From: Candidatus Sumerlaeia bacterium
GTDB lineage: Bacteria > Sumerlaeota > Sumerlaeia > SLMS01
DNA: 35,140 bases
Direction of reading: 5' to 3'
Assembly (NCBI GenBank): GCA_038208905.1
Contig: JBBQYG010000022.1
Location: 1 to 35,140, forward strand
The translations under genes were made by a program, and so were the position numbers. Each line of letters begins with the position of its first letter. Positions within the stretch are counted from its first letter, which is position 1. Under the pieces are notes generated by a model that was not told the origin of the DNA, made no database searches, and saw only the letters and a program-made list of their open reading frames with translations. Shown here piece by piece: positions 9,242-19,495 of this stretch.

Positions 9242-10267
9242 ATGATCGCAGATCCGCTCGAATCTTCGCCGACGCAGGCCAGTGGGGCCCCCGCCGGCGA
9301 TCTGGCGCTCACGCTGGAACTCCTCCGCGCCCACGACCGGATCCTCATCGTCAGCCACCAACGCCCCGACGGCGACTGCCTTGGTTCCACGCTTGGCCTG
9401 TACCTCGTGCTCAAGCACTTGGGAAAGACCGTGGCCGCCTACAATGCGACTTCCCTGACGCTGAAGTGGGATTTCGTCCCCGCCATCGCGAACGTCCACA
9501 ACGCTTTGCCGGCGTGGAAACCGGAGCTCACCGTTTTCGTCGATTGCGGCAGCGTGCGCCGCGTCAGCGATGAATTCGCCCCCGTCGGCACTATCCTGAA
9601 CATTGACCACCACCTGACCAACGACCGCTTTGGCGACATCAACTATATCGACATCGAAGCCTGTGCCGTCGGCGAGCAGATCTTCCGCATCATGGGCGAA
9701 CTCCATGTCCCTCTTACTCCTGAAATCGCCACGTCCCTCTACCTTTCGATCCTGACCGACACGGGCGGCTTCCGCTACTCCAACACCTCGGCGCGGGCCT
9801 TCCGCATCGCGGGCGAGCTAGTGGATGCCGGCGCCGACGCGGCCCTGATTTCACAAGAGGCCTTCGAGTCGCGCGGAAAGGGCGAACTCGCCCTGATGGC
9901 GCGCGTGCTCTCCAACCTGCACTACGAATGCGGCGATGTAATGGTGTGGAGCGAGCTGAACTGGAACGATTACCTTGAGTGCGGCGGGCGCGAGTCGGAG
10001 CCCGAAGGGCTCGCCAGCGACATGCGCGGCGTCCGTGGCGTGGAAGTATCCTGCCTGCTCCACGAGAACGAGGACGGCACCCTGCGCGCAGGATTTCGCG
10101 GCAAGGGGAACATCGACTGCAGCGCCATCGCCCAAGTCTGCGGTGGCGGCGGGCATTTCAATGCGTCAGGCGCGATGGTGAAGGGGCTTACCTTCAACGA
10201 GGCGAAGGTCAAGGTTCTGGAAGTCGTTCGCGCGGCCGCGCAGGCGTGGCGCCAGACTCAGCGATAG
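9242..10267 (+). CDS. nrnA: DHH/DHHA1 bifunctional oligoribonuclease/pAp phosphatase
   Basis: SHQRPDGDCLGS, VDC, NIDHH, TDTGGFRYSNT, GGGGHFNASG. Confidence 0.9.
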   Translation: MIADPLESSPTQASGAPAGDLALTLELLRAHDRILIVSHQRPDGDCLGSTLGLYLVLKHLGKTVAAYNATSLTLKWDFVPAIANVHNALPAWKPELTVFVDCGSVRRVSDEFAPVGTILNIDHHLTNDRFGDINYIDIEACAVGEQIFRIMGELHVPLTPEIATSLYLSILTDTGGFRYSNTSARAFRIAGELVDAGADAALISQEAFESRGKGELALMARVLSNLHYECGDVMVWSELNWNDYLECGGRESEPEGLASDMRGVRGVEVSCLLHENEDGTLRAGFRGKGNIDCSAIAQVCGGGGHFNASGAMVKGLTFNEAKVKVLEVVRAAAQAWRQTQR

Positions 10268-10279
10268 GCGGGCATAGCC

Positions 10280-10513
10280 TTACTGGCCCGACCATTCCTC
10301 GGACTGGGTCTCGTGTCCGAACCCGCGAAGCTCGATCAGCGCCTGATTGCACATTTTCTGGGCTTCCCGGAAACGGCGGTCGAGGGTGGGGTCGATGGCG
10401 ACCAGATCCAGCGTCTCGATGGCGTTTTCAAGTGCTCTCTCCAACAGATCCTGAGTGTTGTCGGTTTCCATCGGGGTGTTCCCGCTTCGGTCTCGGAGGT
10501 GGTGTGGCTTCAT
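10280..10513 (-). CDS. Small hypothetical helical protein
   Basis: 77-aa ORF filling the gap between nrnA and ygfZ, SD-like AGGTGG upstream, amphipathic helix pattern. Confidence 0.55.
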   Translation of the reverse strand: MKPHHLRDRSGNTPMETDNTQDLLERALENAIETLDLVAIDPTLDRRFREAQKMCNQALIELRGFGHETQSEEWSGQ

Positions 10514-10600
10514 TTGCGACCCACCTGAAGGAGTATGGGTGCAAGGTTCACGCCCGACGGTGAAAAATCGACCCAGAGTCGGGGTGATATTGCTCCATGT

Positions 10601-11683
10601 TCAGGAAACCATCGGAAGAGACGCAAGTATTCCCGCCACAGCACCTCCGGAGATTTCGACCCGGGTGCCCGGTTCGCGATGGCTCCACTTCATCATCGCA
10701 AGGCCGATCGGTCGGTTGAGCCGAGGTGACCAAGTGGAACTTGTCAAAGTTCCAACCTCGCGTCCGCCGTCCATCAGTGGGGTTCCCGTGGGCGGCGCGT
10801 CGTCGCCCTCGAAGTGGACGCCCATCATTTTTCGCGCGGGGTGCCCCAGATTGAGAATCTTTGCGATTGTTTCCTGACCCGGGTAACACCCCTTGTTTGT
10901 GTGAATCGCAGAGAACAGATCGGCATCCAGCGGAATTGACTTTGCGGTCAGGTCGATGCCCCACCAAGGCGTGCCCGACTCCACGCGGATGGTATCGAAG
11001 GCCATGAACCCGAGCCGTCGGCCACCCAATCCGGTTGCGAGACTGGTGAGGCGCGCGAGCGCCTCCCGACCCTGGTCGGCGGGAACCAGCAGCGCCACGG
11101 CGCCGGGCAGGAACTCGCTGCGGAAAGCCTGAATCCCGTCGGTGAGCGGCACGATCTTGCCCGCAGGAATGTCTGAATCCCCGCCAAACGTAGTCAGTAC
11201 ATCTGGCACCTTCGGTCCAAACAGAGCAAAAAGAGCCCATTCTCCGGTCAAATCGGGAAAACGGGCGTCCTCGCTAAAGACGTATTTCTCGCATAGAGAC
11301 GACAAGTAGGCCCCGGAAACCGCGGGGGGGGCGAGCAGCAGGCTGCGCTGCGGCTCGAGCTGGAAGACCTCCAGATCGGCCTCCATGCGGCCCTCGGCGT
11401 TCAACTGACTGGCGCGGGCTCCATCGCCCGGCTGGAACTGGATGACGCGCTGGCTGAGGCGGCGGTTGAGGTAGTCCAGGGCATCTTTCCCCTCCCCAAT
11501 CACCGTGGTCAGGAACGAAGCGTCCAGAATCGCCACCGACTCGGTGGCGGCACGGTACTCCGCCTCGGGATCGCCGTAGTGCGCGGGCAGCGTCCATCCG
11601 CAGACCGGCATCGGACGCGCCCCCGCCGCGGCATGGTCGGGCCAGAGCGGGAGTTCCCTCGGCGTGGTGTCGACTTCAGTCAT
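10601..11683 (-). CDS. ygfZ: YgfZ/GcvT-family folate-binding protein
   Basis: KGCYPGQE signature; HYGDPEAEYRAA; RVESGTP; VGTLTSSTWSPRL. Confidence 0.85.
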   Translation of the reverse strand: MTEVDTTPRELPLWPDHAAAGARPMPVCGWTLPAHYGDPEAEYRAATESVAILDASFLTTVIGEGKDALDYLNRRLSQRVIQFQPGDGARASQLNAEGRMEADLEVFQLEPQRSLLLAPPAVSGAYLSSLCEKYVFSEDARFPDLTGEWALFALFGPKVPDVLTTFGGDSDIPAGKIVPLTDGIQAFRSEFLPGAVALLVPADQGREALARLTSLATGLGGRRLGFMAFDTIRVESGTPWWGIDLTAKSIPLDADLFSAIHTNKGCYPGQETIAKILNLGHPARKMMGVHFEGDDAPPTGTPLMDGGREVGTLTSSTWSPRLNRPIGLAMMKWSHREPGTRVEISGGAVAGILASLPMVS

Positions 11684-12119
11684 CCTCGATCTCCAGTGGT
11701 TCGTCGGGGTCCACGACTTCCTCGCCGGCGAGGGCGTGAATGCTCCCGGGGGCGTGTACAAAAAGGAATATCAGCAGGGTCAGGGCCAGTGGCAGATACG
11801 TCGCACCGGCAATGAGCGTGGACCAATAGAGGAATCCCGCCCCCGGAGAGGCGCTTTTCACCTCGAATCCAAGCCCGATGAAGAATGGCAGATTGATGAG
11901 CAGCAGCAGCGCGCCGCGGCCCTGTTGCTGGCCACCGAGAGCGGAGGGCTCGCCTCCGGCTTCCTTCACCAGCCGCACCTCGCTCGCGTATGCCAAAAAG
12001 TCGGTGCCTATCCAATGACAAAAAACGGCGTTCACCGTGAGGAGGACGAAAAAACCGGCGATGAAAAGTTGGCCTCTGGTGAATCGCATGGCTGCTTTGG
12101 CACTCCCCGTGCCGCTCAC
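11676..12119 (-). CDS. Hypothetical membrane protein (about 3 TM)
   Basis: Hydrophobic segments and acidic tail; overlaps both neighbours in operon fashion. Confidence 0.65.
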   Translation of the reverse strand: MSGTGSAKAAMRFTRGQLFIAGFFVLLTVNAVFCHWIGTDFLAYASEVRLVKEAGGEPSALGGQQQGRGALLLLINLPFFIGLGFEVKSASPGAGFLYWSTLIAGATYLPLALTLLIFLFVHAPGSIHALAGEEVVDPDEPLEIEDD

Positions 12120-12862
12120 AGGGTGGTAAGCAACTTTCGGGCTTCAACCAGCCAGGGCGCGTCGCGCTTGTGGTTGATGTTGGGGCCCGTCTCGTAGTCC
12201 GCCACCAGAGCCGCCAGCCGATCTTTCGCCGCTTCGCGCCGCCCCAGGGCGATCTCCACACGGGCCAGCTTGACGATCACTTCGGGAATGCCGATGGATC
12301 GCGATATGCGCGCGAGCACGGTGGCCGCTTCCTCGTGGCGCCCCAACGACGATAACGCGTCGGCGTAGTCGATCGAGGGTCGCCATGCCATGAAGGCGGG
12401 ATCGTGCTCGTGGACGAATTCGTAGTGGGGAAGCGCCCGCTCCGCGCGGCCCGTTTTCACGAGGCACGTGGCGGCGAGATACTGTGCCTTTGCGCTCTCT
12501 GGATCGAACTCCAGCACGTGCGCTAGCTCGCCAAGGCACTCGTTCCATTCGCCGAGATCGAAGTGTAGCTGCGCCTTCTCCTCGCGGTCGGAAACCATCG
12601 CCTCGTCGCGCCTGGCGCGGCGTGCGATATGGTCGATGCGGCGGCGCGCGTGGGTGAGGCGGCGATAGGCCGTCAGGCCCGCGCGCTCGTCCCCCAGAAC
12701 GCGAAAGTTGACGAAGTACCCGGCGATGCCGATGGGCGGGGCCAGCATCAGCAAGATGAGCCAGAAGTAGTCGCGCTCTTGGCGGAGCGTCTCCACGATG
12801 GCCCAACTCCAAAGAATGATGAACACGAGAAGCGCGACGGGAATCAGAAAGGCGAGAACCAC
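12116..12862 (-). CDS. Membrane-anchored TPR protein with N-terminal two-TM (PLDc_N-like) domain
   Basis: GTG after GGGGAG; YFWLILLMLAPPIGIAGYF; TPR-like repeats (AQYLAATCLVKTGRAERAL, YADALSSLGRHEEAA). Confidence 0.75.
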   Translation of the reverse strand: MVLAFLIPVALLVFIILWSWAIVETLRQERDYFWLILLMLAPPIGIAGYFVNFRVLGDERAGLTAYRRLTHARRRIDHIARRARRDEAMVSDREEKAQLHFDLGEWNECLGELAHVLEFDPESAKAQYLAATCLVKTGRAERALPHYEFVHEHDPAFMAWRPSIDYADALSSLGRHEEAATVLARISRSIGIPEVIVKLARVEIALGRREAAKDRLAALVADYETGPNINHKRDAPWLVEARKLLTTL

Positions 12863-12891
12863 CAGATCGACTCCCCGCGTCCGGCGCGTGA

Positions 12892-13293
12892 TTAGTTGGA
12901 GGCGGGGGCGGGGGCGGCGGGGGCCACCGGAGCCGTTTCGCCGGCAACGGGCTCGGGAGCGGCTGTCACGGGAAGCGTCGCCGAGGCGGCGGGCTCCTCG
13001 TCCAGCAGGTCCAATGTGCCGCCCTCGTGATCGCGCTTGTTGGCCAGCGTGGTCAGCACCACCGCCAGCACGAAGAACAGCGTCGCGCAAACCGTCGTCA
13101 CGTTGAAGAGGCCCTTCTGGCTGCCGCTTGCGCCGAAGGACTCCGTCAGGGCCTGGGGAGACTGCGCCGCTGAATCCATCCCGGCCATGCCGCCGGACTT
13201 CCCCTCCTGAAGCAGGACGACCAGAATCAGGAAGAGGCAGGATGCGACATAGACGATTCCGAAGAACCAGAGGAGGAATGTGGTGAAGGTCAT
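12892..13293 (-). CDS. secG: Preprotein translocase subunit SecG
   Basis: LILVVLLQEGKSGGMAG, FGASG, second TM (TTVCATLFFVLAVVL), Pro/Ala tail. Confidence 0.9.
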   Translation of the reverse strand: MTFTTFLLWFFGIVYVASCLFLILVVLLQEGKSGGMAGMDSAAQSPQALTESFGASGSQKGLFNVTTVCATLFFVLAVVLTTLANKRDHEGGTLDLLDEEPAASATLPVTAAPEPVAGETAPVAPAAPAPASN

Positions 13294-13355
13294 GGGAAGT
13301 CGCAGGTCACTTTTCTGTCGGATTCGCGGAGGACACCCACGATCAAAGGCCGGGA

Positions 13356-13384
13356 ATGGTGTTGGGCGGGTGCCCCCCTGTCAA
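13356..13384 (-). promoter_or_regulatory. Candidate sigma70-type promoter for secG
   Basis: Minus-strand TTGACA (13384-13379), 17-nt spacer, CACCAT; the -35 sits in the loop of an inverted repeat. Confidence 0.3.
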
Positions 13385-13638
13385 GGGGAAGGGGCACCCA
13401 ACCGCCGTTGACTTTCCGCGGGCCAGTGGCTGGGCCCGTGGGGTTATCATAATGCTACTGCAATCAATGCAACCCGATGGACTGAAGGGACGGGAGGCAT
13501 CTCCATCGGGTCCGTGACGTCAAGATGGTCCGCATGGTCGGCTACGGACCCCGGGAGAGGAACGACATCTGTATTCTATTGACCCGCCATCAATCCCAAA
13601 TAGATACATGTGTCATTCACGCCGGAGAGAGGTCCGAA

Positions 13639-14997
13639 ATGGCACGCAGCATCCTCATCGTGGACGACGAAAAGAACACCCGGGAGGGCCTGAAGTGGGC
13701 CCTTGAGCAGACCGGGGCCGACATCTTTCTGGCGGAGGATGGCGAGCAGGCCCTGATCAAGCTCGGCAGCATCCACGTGGACCTCGTCCTGTCGGACCTC
13801 AAGATGCCGAAGATGGACGGCATGGAGTTGCTGGACCACGTCCGCGACGAGTTTCCCGACTTGGACTTCGTGATCCTGACGGGGCACGGCACCGTTGAGA
13901 CCGCCGTGGGCGCCATGAAGAAGGGCGCCTTTGACTACCTAATCAAGCCCGTGAACATCGACGAGTTGCAGCTTACTGTGGAGCGCGCCTTCGATCAGAA
14001 GGAGATGCGCCAGGAGAACGAGCGCCTCCGCAAGGAAGTGGATGACCGCTATGGATTCGACTCGATCGTGGGGCGGTCTCCGCAGATGGAGAACGTCTTC
14101 GAGCGCGTCCGCCAAGTGGCGCCAACCAAGGCAAATGTGCTGATCCAGGGGGAGACGGGCACCGGCAAGGAACTGATCGCGAAGGCGATCCACTTCAACA
14201 GCCCGCGCCGCCGCAAGCCGTTCATCGCGGTGAATTGCGGCGCGCTGACGCAGACGCTGCTGGAGTCGGAACTCTTTGGCCACGAGAAGGGCGCCTTTAC
14301 CGGCGCGGTGAAGCAGAAGCCCGGGCGATTCGAGCTGGCCAACGGCGGCACGATCCTGTTGGACGAAATCGGCGAGACGACGCCGGAGTTGCAGGTGCGC
14401 CTGCTGCGCGTGCTGCAGGAGCAGGAGTTCGAGCGCGTGGGCGGCACCAAGCCCGTGAAGGTCGATGTCCGCGTCATCGCCGCCACGAATCGCGACTTGA
14501 AGAAGGAGGTCGAGGCGGGGCGTTTTCGCGAGGACCTCTACTACCGCCTCAACGTAATCCGCATCGACCTTCCGCCGCTCCGCGAACGCCAGGACGACAT
14601 CCCGCTGGTCGCCGCCTTTTACCTGAAGCAATTCAACGAGGAGCATGGCAAGAGCCTAGTCTTCAATCCCAAGACCCTTCAGGCCTTGCAGGCCTACCAT
14701 TGGCCGGGAAACGTCCGCCAGCTCCGCACGATTATTGAGTCATCCGTGATCCTCTCCGCAGGGAAGGAGATTCTGCCCAAGAATCTCCCCGACGAGATCA
14801 AGTCCGAGGCGGTCCCCAGCAATACCGTTCGCCTGCGCGTGGGGATGACTGTTTCCGACGCGGAGCGCGAGCTGATCAAGGCGACGCTGGCGGACTATGG
14901 CGGCAACAAGGCCCGCGCAGCGCGCACGCTTGGCCTGGGGCGGAAGACGCTCTACCGCAAGCTGGAGGAATACGGCATCGATTCGCCCGGAGAGTAA
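13639..14997 (+). CDS. Sigma-54-dependent response regulator (NtrC/AtoC/ZraR type)
   Basis: Receiver (IVDDE, DLKMP, KP); [40 protein letters not shown]; Fis-type HTH. Confidence 0.95.
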   Translation: MARSILIVDDEKNTREGLKWALEQTGADIFLAEDGEQALIKLGSIHVDLVLSDLKMPKMDGMELLDHVRDEFPDLDFVILTGHGTVETAVGAMKKGAFDYLIKPVNIDELQLTVERAFDQKEMRQENERLRKEVDDRYGFDSIVGRSPQMENVFERVRQVAPTKANVLIQGETGTGKELIAKAIHFNSPRRRKPFIAVNCGALTQTLLESELFGHEKGAFTGAVKQKPGRFELANGGTILLDEIGETTPELQVRLLRVLQEQEFERVGGTKPVKVDVRVIAATNRDLKKEVEAGRFREDLYYRLNVIRIDLPPLRERQDDIPLVAAFYLKQFNEEHGKSLVFNPKTLQALQAYHWPGNVRQLRTIIESSVILSAGKEILPKNLPDEIKSEAVPSNTVRLRVGMTVSDAERELIKATLADYGGNKARAARTLGLGRKTLYRKLEEYGIDSPGE

Positions 14998-15072
14998 TAG
15001 AGAAAAATTATTTACCACAGAGGCAAATAGTACACAAAGAAAATACGTGGGGAGGGTTTCGGGAAACGACCT

Positions 15073-15174
15073 GTGTCGCATCAATCCACATCCAGCGATT
15101 CAGCCTGCCTGCACAGTCAATTCGGTCGATCATGTCAATAAGGTCAAAGCTCTGTATCCGGGGTTGCGGGCACA
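15073..15174 (+). repeat. Dispersed intergenic repeat, copy 1
   Basis: Hand alignment to 22922-23024 gives 86/103 identities, with an identical 25-bp core ATCATGTCAATAAGGTCAAAGCTCT. Confidence 0.9.
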
Positions 15175-15347
15175 CAGGGAGGATTTTAGGTCGTCCGTAC
15201 TCGCTTTTTCCTCCGTGCCCTCCGGGTCTCCGTGGTGAATGCTTTTTTTCGCGTCGCCTCTTGCCTTGCGCTGGGGCGCGCCACCTCGCAAGCAATTCCC
15301 CTTCCCCGGAGCGCCCACACGCCCCGCCCACACCCAAGGAGACGTCG

Positions 15348-16535
15348 ATGCGCCTGAACCCGACTTTTCGCCGCGCCATGCGGGTCGCCCTGATAGGCCT
15401 GATGATCCCCGGGGTCATTGGCCTTGCGGGCTGCAAGCGCAAGACCCCCCAGGACCGCCTGGACGAGGCGCGCCAGCTCATCCAGGAGAGTCAGGTTTCC
15501 ATCGGCATCCTCAAACTTGGCGACTTGGTGTCGACCTATCCCGACGATCCCGCGGCCATCGATGCGCGGCTGACCCTTGCCGAGGTGCACATGCGTTCGG
15601 GTCAGCGCGGCAACATGGAGAAGGCGATCAAGGAACTGACCGCGGTGTACGAGAAGCTGGGCTTCACGGACCAGCGAGGCTTGATGGCCCACCGCACCGT
15701 GACGAACATCTATTTCCAGCTCGGCGAGTTCGAGAAGGCCGTGGCTCACTCGGCGGACAGCCTTGTGCGCGCGGGGAACGACGCCTCGATGAAGGAGCAA
15801 CTCGAGATACTCGACGCCTCGATGCACCTCGCGCTCGATGAAGAGGCGCAGCAAGCCAAGGGCCGCGCGACGCTGGAGCAGAAGATGGAGGGCGCGGCCG
15901 AGGAAATGAGCCGCCACCAATCGCGCGAGATACTGGCCGACTATTTCCGATCCAAGGGAAAGTGGGAGGAGAGCAACGCCGTTTACCAGAAGTGGATCGA
16001 CGCCCACCCCGACGACCGCCTGAAGCCGCAGCTCCTGATGGCGATGGCGCTGAACTATCGCCGCATGAATCAGGAGGAGAAGGCCAAGGAGGTCTTCACC
16101 GAAGGCGCCGCCGCGCAGCTTGCCGCCATCGACGCGGAGTTGGACCTGAACAAGCGCGGCGAGATGCTGAAAACGCAGGCCACGTTCTACGAGACATTCG
16201 GCGACCTGGAATCGGCGGAGAAAATCTACCTCCGCATCATGTCCGATCTTCCACGGACGCGTGCCGCCATCGAAGCGCAGTTCGCCATCGGGGAAACCTA
16301 TGCTCGCGCCGGGAACTGGGACAGGGCGCAGGCGACCTTCGAGCAGATCCTGAAGGAAAACACCGGCAACGAGGGCATGATCCAGATGGCGCAGCAGTAT
16401 ATCGACCGCGTGGCCCAGGCCCGCGAGGGGGAGAAGGAAATGAAGGCCAAGGCCGCCGCCGACGCGGCCACAAGTCCGACGCTTTCGCAGGAGGCGACGA
16501 CGAACGCCCCCCCGCCGGAGGCCCCCCAGCCTTGA
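15348..16535 (+). CDS. TPR-repeat lipoprotein
   Basis: ATG after AAGGAG; lipobox LAGC; repeated TPR helices (AQFAIGETYARAGNWDRAQATFEQIL). Confidence 0.85.
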   Translation: MRLNPTFRRAMRVALIGLMIPGVIGLAGCKRKTPQDRLDEARQLIQESQVSIGILKLGDLVSTYPDDPAAIDARLTLAEVHMRSGQRGNMEKAIKELTAVYEKLGFTDQRGLMAHRTVTNIYFQLGEFEKAVAHSADSLVRAGNDASMKEQLEILDASMHLALDEEAQQAKGRATLEQKMEGAAEEMSRHQSREILADYFRSKGKWEESNAVYQKWIDAHPDDRLKPQLLMAMALNYRRMNQEEKAKEVFTEGAAAQLAAIDAELDLNKRGEMLKTQATFYETFGDLESAEKIYLRIMSDLPRTRAAIEAQFAIGETYARAGNWDRAQATFEQILKENTGNEGMIQMAQQYIDRVAQAREGEKEMKAKAAADAATSPTLSQEATTNAPPPEAPQP

Positions 16536-17677
16536 CCGCAAGCGGCCTCCGCGTTGCCACCGTTCGCGGACCGCGCGCGCTAGCCACCTTCATCGAGACG
16601 GCCTATCGCGTTCACGCGAACGATGGCCTGTGGGTACCGCCGCCGCGACGCGATGTGCGCGCGCTGCTGGATCGCAAGTATCATCCGTTTCACGAGCACG
16701 CGGAGGTGGAGTACTTCGTCGCCTTCCGCGATGACCAGCCCGTGGGCCGCATCGCCGCCATCGAGAACGACGCCCACAACGCCTTTCACGGAGAGCGAAT
16801 CGGCTTCTTTGGCTTCCTGGACGCGGTGCCGGAGCAGGACGTCTTCGATGCGCTCCTCCGTCGCGCTGAGCAGTGGGCCGCCGCGCGGGGCCTGACGCAC
16901 CTACGCGGCCCGTGCTCGCCCAGCACCAACGAGGAGTGCGGCCTGCTGGTGCAGGGCCACGAGTCACCCCCCTTCCTGATGACGGCGTGGAATCCCGAGA
17001 GCTATCCCGCCCTGGTCGAAGGCGCCGGCTATGCGAAGGCCCGCGACATGTTCAACTACTGGGTCAGCACGCATTCCTACAACCCGCGCATGGATCGCGC
17101 GGCGGCGCTGGTGGTGGAACGCTTCGCCCGCAAGGGAGAGAAGGTGACCGTCCGCCATCTGGACAAGAACGATTTCTCGGGCGAACTCGAGCGCGTCCGC
17201 GAGGTCTATAACACCGCGTGGGAGAAGAACTGGGGATTCGTTCCCATGACGCGCGCGGAGATCGACCACATGGCAAAGGAACTGAAGCCCGTCCTTGTGC
17301 CGGAGATGGTTCACTTCCTTCTGGTGAACGGAAAGGAGGCGGGCTTCGCGCTGAGCCTCCCGGACTACAACCTCGCGATGCGCCACATGGAGGGACGCCT
17401 TGGTCCGCGCCAGGTGGCGACGTTCCTCCTCCTAAAGCGGACGATTCGCCAGATCCGCGTGATGGCGATGGGCGTGAAGGCCGAGTACCGCAACCGGGGG
17501 CTGGAAACGCTGCTGGTGGCGGAGACCGTCCGATCCTCCACCAGCCTTGGGTATTCCGTCGCCGAGCTGGGTTGGATACTCGAGGACAACCGGATGATGA
17601 ATCGGGAGTTGCTCGCCATGGGCGGGCGACCCTACAAGGTGCACCGCATCTACGAGAAAGCACTGATCCCCGCATGA
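16532..17677 (+). CDS. YghO-like tandem GNAT acyltransferase (bacterial ceramide synthase bCerS family candidate)
   Basis: TTG overlapping upstream [61 protein letters not shown]. Confidence 0.8.
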   Translation: MTASGLRVATVRGPRALATFIETAYRVHANDGLWVPPPRRDVRALLDRKYHPFHEHAEVEYFVAFRDDQPVGRIAAIENDAHNAFHGERIGFFGFLDAVPEQDVFDALLRRAEQWAAARGLTHLRGPCSPSTNEECGLLVQGHESPPFLMTAWNPESYPALVEGAGYAKARDMFNYWVSTHSYNPRMDRAAALVVERFARKGEKVTVRHLDKNDFSGELERVREVYNTAWEKNWGFVPMTRAEIDHMAKELKPVLVPEMVHFLLVNGKEAGFALSLPDYNLAMRHMEGRLGPRQVATFLLLKRTIRQIRVMAMGVKAEYRNRGLETLLVAETVRSSTSLGYSVAELGWILEDNRMMNRELLAMGGRPYKVHRIYEKALIPA

Positions 17678-18750
17678 ACACCGCCGAACGAGTCATCCAC
17701 CTTCGCGAACACCTGGACGAGATCGAGAACCAGCTTGGCTCGCCCGAGGTCGCCTCCGACCAGAAGCGCATGGCGGAGCTGGGCCGCGAACACCAGCGCC
17801 TGATGGAGACGCTCTCCATCGCGCGGGCCCTCGCCAACGCCGAATCGCGCAAGTCCCAGGCGGAGGAAATGCTGAAGTCGGAGAAGGACGCCGAGATGCG
17901 CGAAATGGCGGCAATGGAGCTCGGGGAATCGGCGCCAGAGGTCGAGCGCCTGACCGAGGAATTCCAGCTCCGCCTGCTGCCGCCGGACCCGCTCGATGGC
18001 CGCAACATCATGCTGGAAATCCGCGCGGGCACCGGCGGAGACGAGGCCGCGCTCTTTGCCGGCGACCTCCTGCGCATGTACACGCGCTATGCCGAGACCC
18101 AGGGCTGGAAGATGGAAATGATGTCCTCCACCCAGAGCGACGTGGGTGGCTTTCGCGAGGTCATTGTCTCCGTCAAGGGCGGCAACGCCTACTCGTTTCT
18201 CAAGCACGAGAGCGGCGCCCACCGCGTCCAGCGCGTTCCCGCCACCGAGACGCAGGGCCGCATCCACACCAGCGCCGCCACCGTCGCCGTACTCCCCGAG
18301 GCCGAGGAGACCGACATCCAGATCCGCGAATCGGACATACGTATAGACACCATGTGCGCCCACGGCCCCGGCGGACAGAGCGTCAACACCACCTACTCCG
18401 CCGTGCGCCTATTGCACATCCCCACCGGCATGATCGTCACCTGCCAGGACGAGCGCAGCCAGCTCAAGAACCGCGACAAGGCCATGACCGTGCTCCGCAG
18501 CCGCCTCCTCGATCTCGAGCGAGAGAAGGAACTGAAGGCCCGCAGCGACCTGCGCAAGGGCATGGTCGGCAGCGGCGACCGCAGCGAGCGCATCCGCACC
18601 TACAACTTTCCCCAGAACCGCCTGACCGACCACCGCATCAACCTCACCCTCTACAGCCTCGACCGCATCGTCGAGGGCGCCATGGACGACCTCATCGCGG
18701 CCCTGCGCCGCGAGGAAATGAACCGCAGGCTGGCGGAACTGGCGAACTGA
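17674..18750 (+). CDS. prfA: Peptide chain release factor 1
   Basis: [21 protein letters not shown] (PxT, RF1-specific), [21 protein letters not shown]. Confidence 0.97.
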   Translation: MNTAERVIHLREHLDEIENQLGSPEVASDQKRMAELGREHQRLMETLSIARALANAESRKSQAEEMLKSEKDAEMREMAAMELGESAPEVERLTEEFQLRLLPPDPLDGRNIMLEIRAGTGGDEAALFAGDLLRMYTRYAETQGWKMEMMSSTQSDVGGFREVIVSVKGGNAYSFLKHESGAHRVQRVPATETQGRIHTSAATVAVLPEAEETDIQIRESDIRIDTMCAHGPGGQSVNTTYSAVRLLHIPTGMIVTCQDERSQLKNRDKAMTVLRSRLLDLEREKELKARSDLRKGMVGSGDRSERIRTYNFPQNRLTDHRINLTLYSLDRIVEGAMDDLIAALRREEMNRRLAELAN

Positions 18751-18790
18751 CGCCCGCGATTGTTGTATAGACACCCGCGAGGGACGACCG

Positions 18791-19495
18791 ATGGATGCCG
18801 GCAAACCGGACGAGCGGTACTCCGCGCCGCACAGCGCGGATACTGAATTCGAGTCGGGGTCGAATGGCCGGGTGTTGCGGAACCGGCTTGGAATGCGGAC
18901 GCGCAGGGATGTTGGGCTGGCCGAGTTCGCCCTCTTGTATGGAGTGCAGGAACTTTACCTGGCGCAGCGCATCTCACCGAGCACCACAATTGATGTCGCA
19001 TTGATTCGCCAGATGCACAAGGACTGGCTTGGCTCCCTCAACCCTTGGGCGGGAAGCTTCCTCACCGTGAATGTCAGCAAGGGTGGCTTTGCGTGGCCGC
19101 CCGCCCATCGGGTACCCGATCTGATGTCAGAGCTGGAACGCAACACTCTCTCAAAGCTCACTCCATGCAGCGCGGGCACAGTTGAACAGGTGGCGCGAAG
19201 CTTGGCGATTGTTCATGGAGAACTACTGTTGGTACATCCATTTCGCGACGGGAATGGGCGCATCTCCCGCTGGGTAGCCGACTTGATGGCGGCACAGGCG
19301 GGCTTCAAGCCGCTTGCCTACCGATTTGCCAAAAATGGATCTGCAGCGCGACGGGCGAGATATATTGCAGGGGACAAGCGAGCTTAGGTCTGCGATTATG
19401 CGGCTTTGTCAGACTTCTTCGCAGACGCCTTGATCGTAGCAAGTGCCGAACGCGAGGGCGAGTCGCGCTGGCCAAGGCCCCGGATTCCTTCGTAG
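18791..19495 (+). pseudogene. Fic-domain protein with in-frame TAG at 19385-19387 (198 aa if terminated, about 234 aa if read through)
   Basis: Canonical HPFRDGNGRISR; the frame continues after the TAG as VCDYAALSDFFADAL..., resembling the usual C-terminal helix, to a TAG at 19493-19495. Confidence 0.7.

Noticed and set aside
18310-18400. Possible programmed frameshift or altered GGQ in the release factor
   Set aside because: The frame is continuous, GGQ is intact and the PAT motif identifies ordinary RF1.
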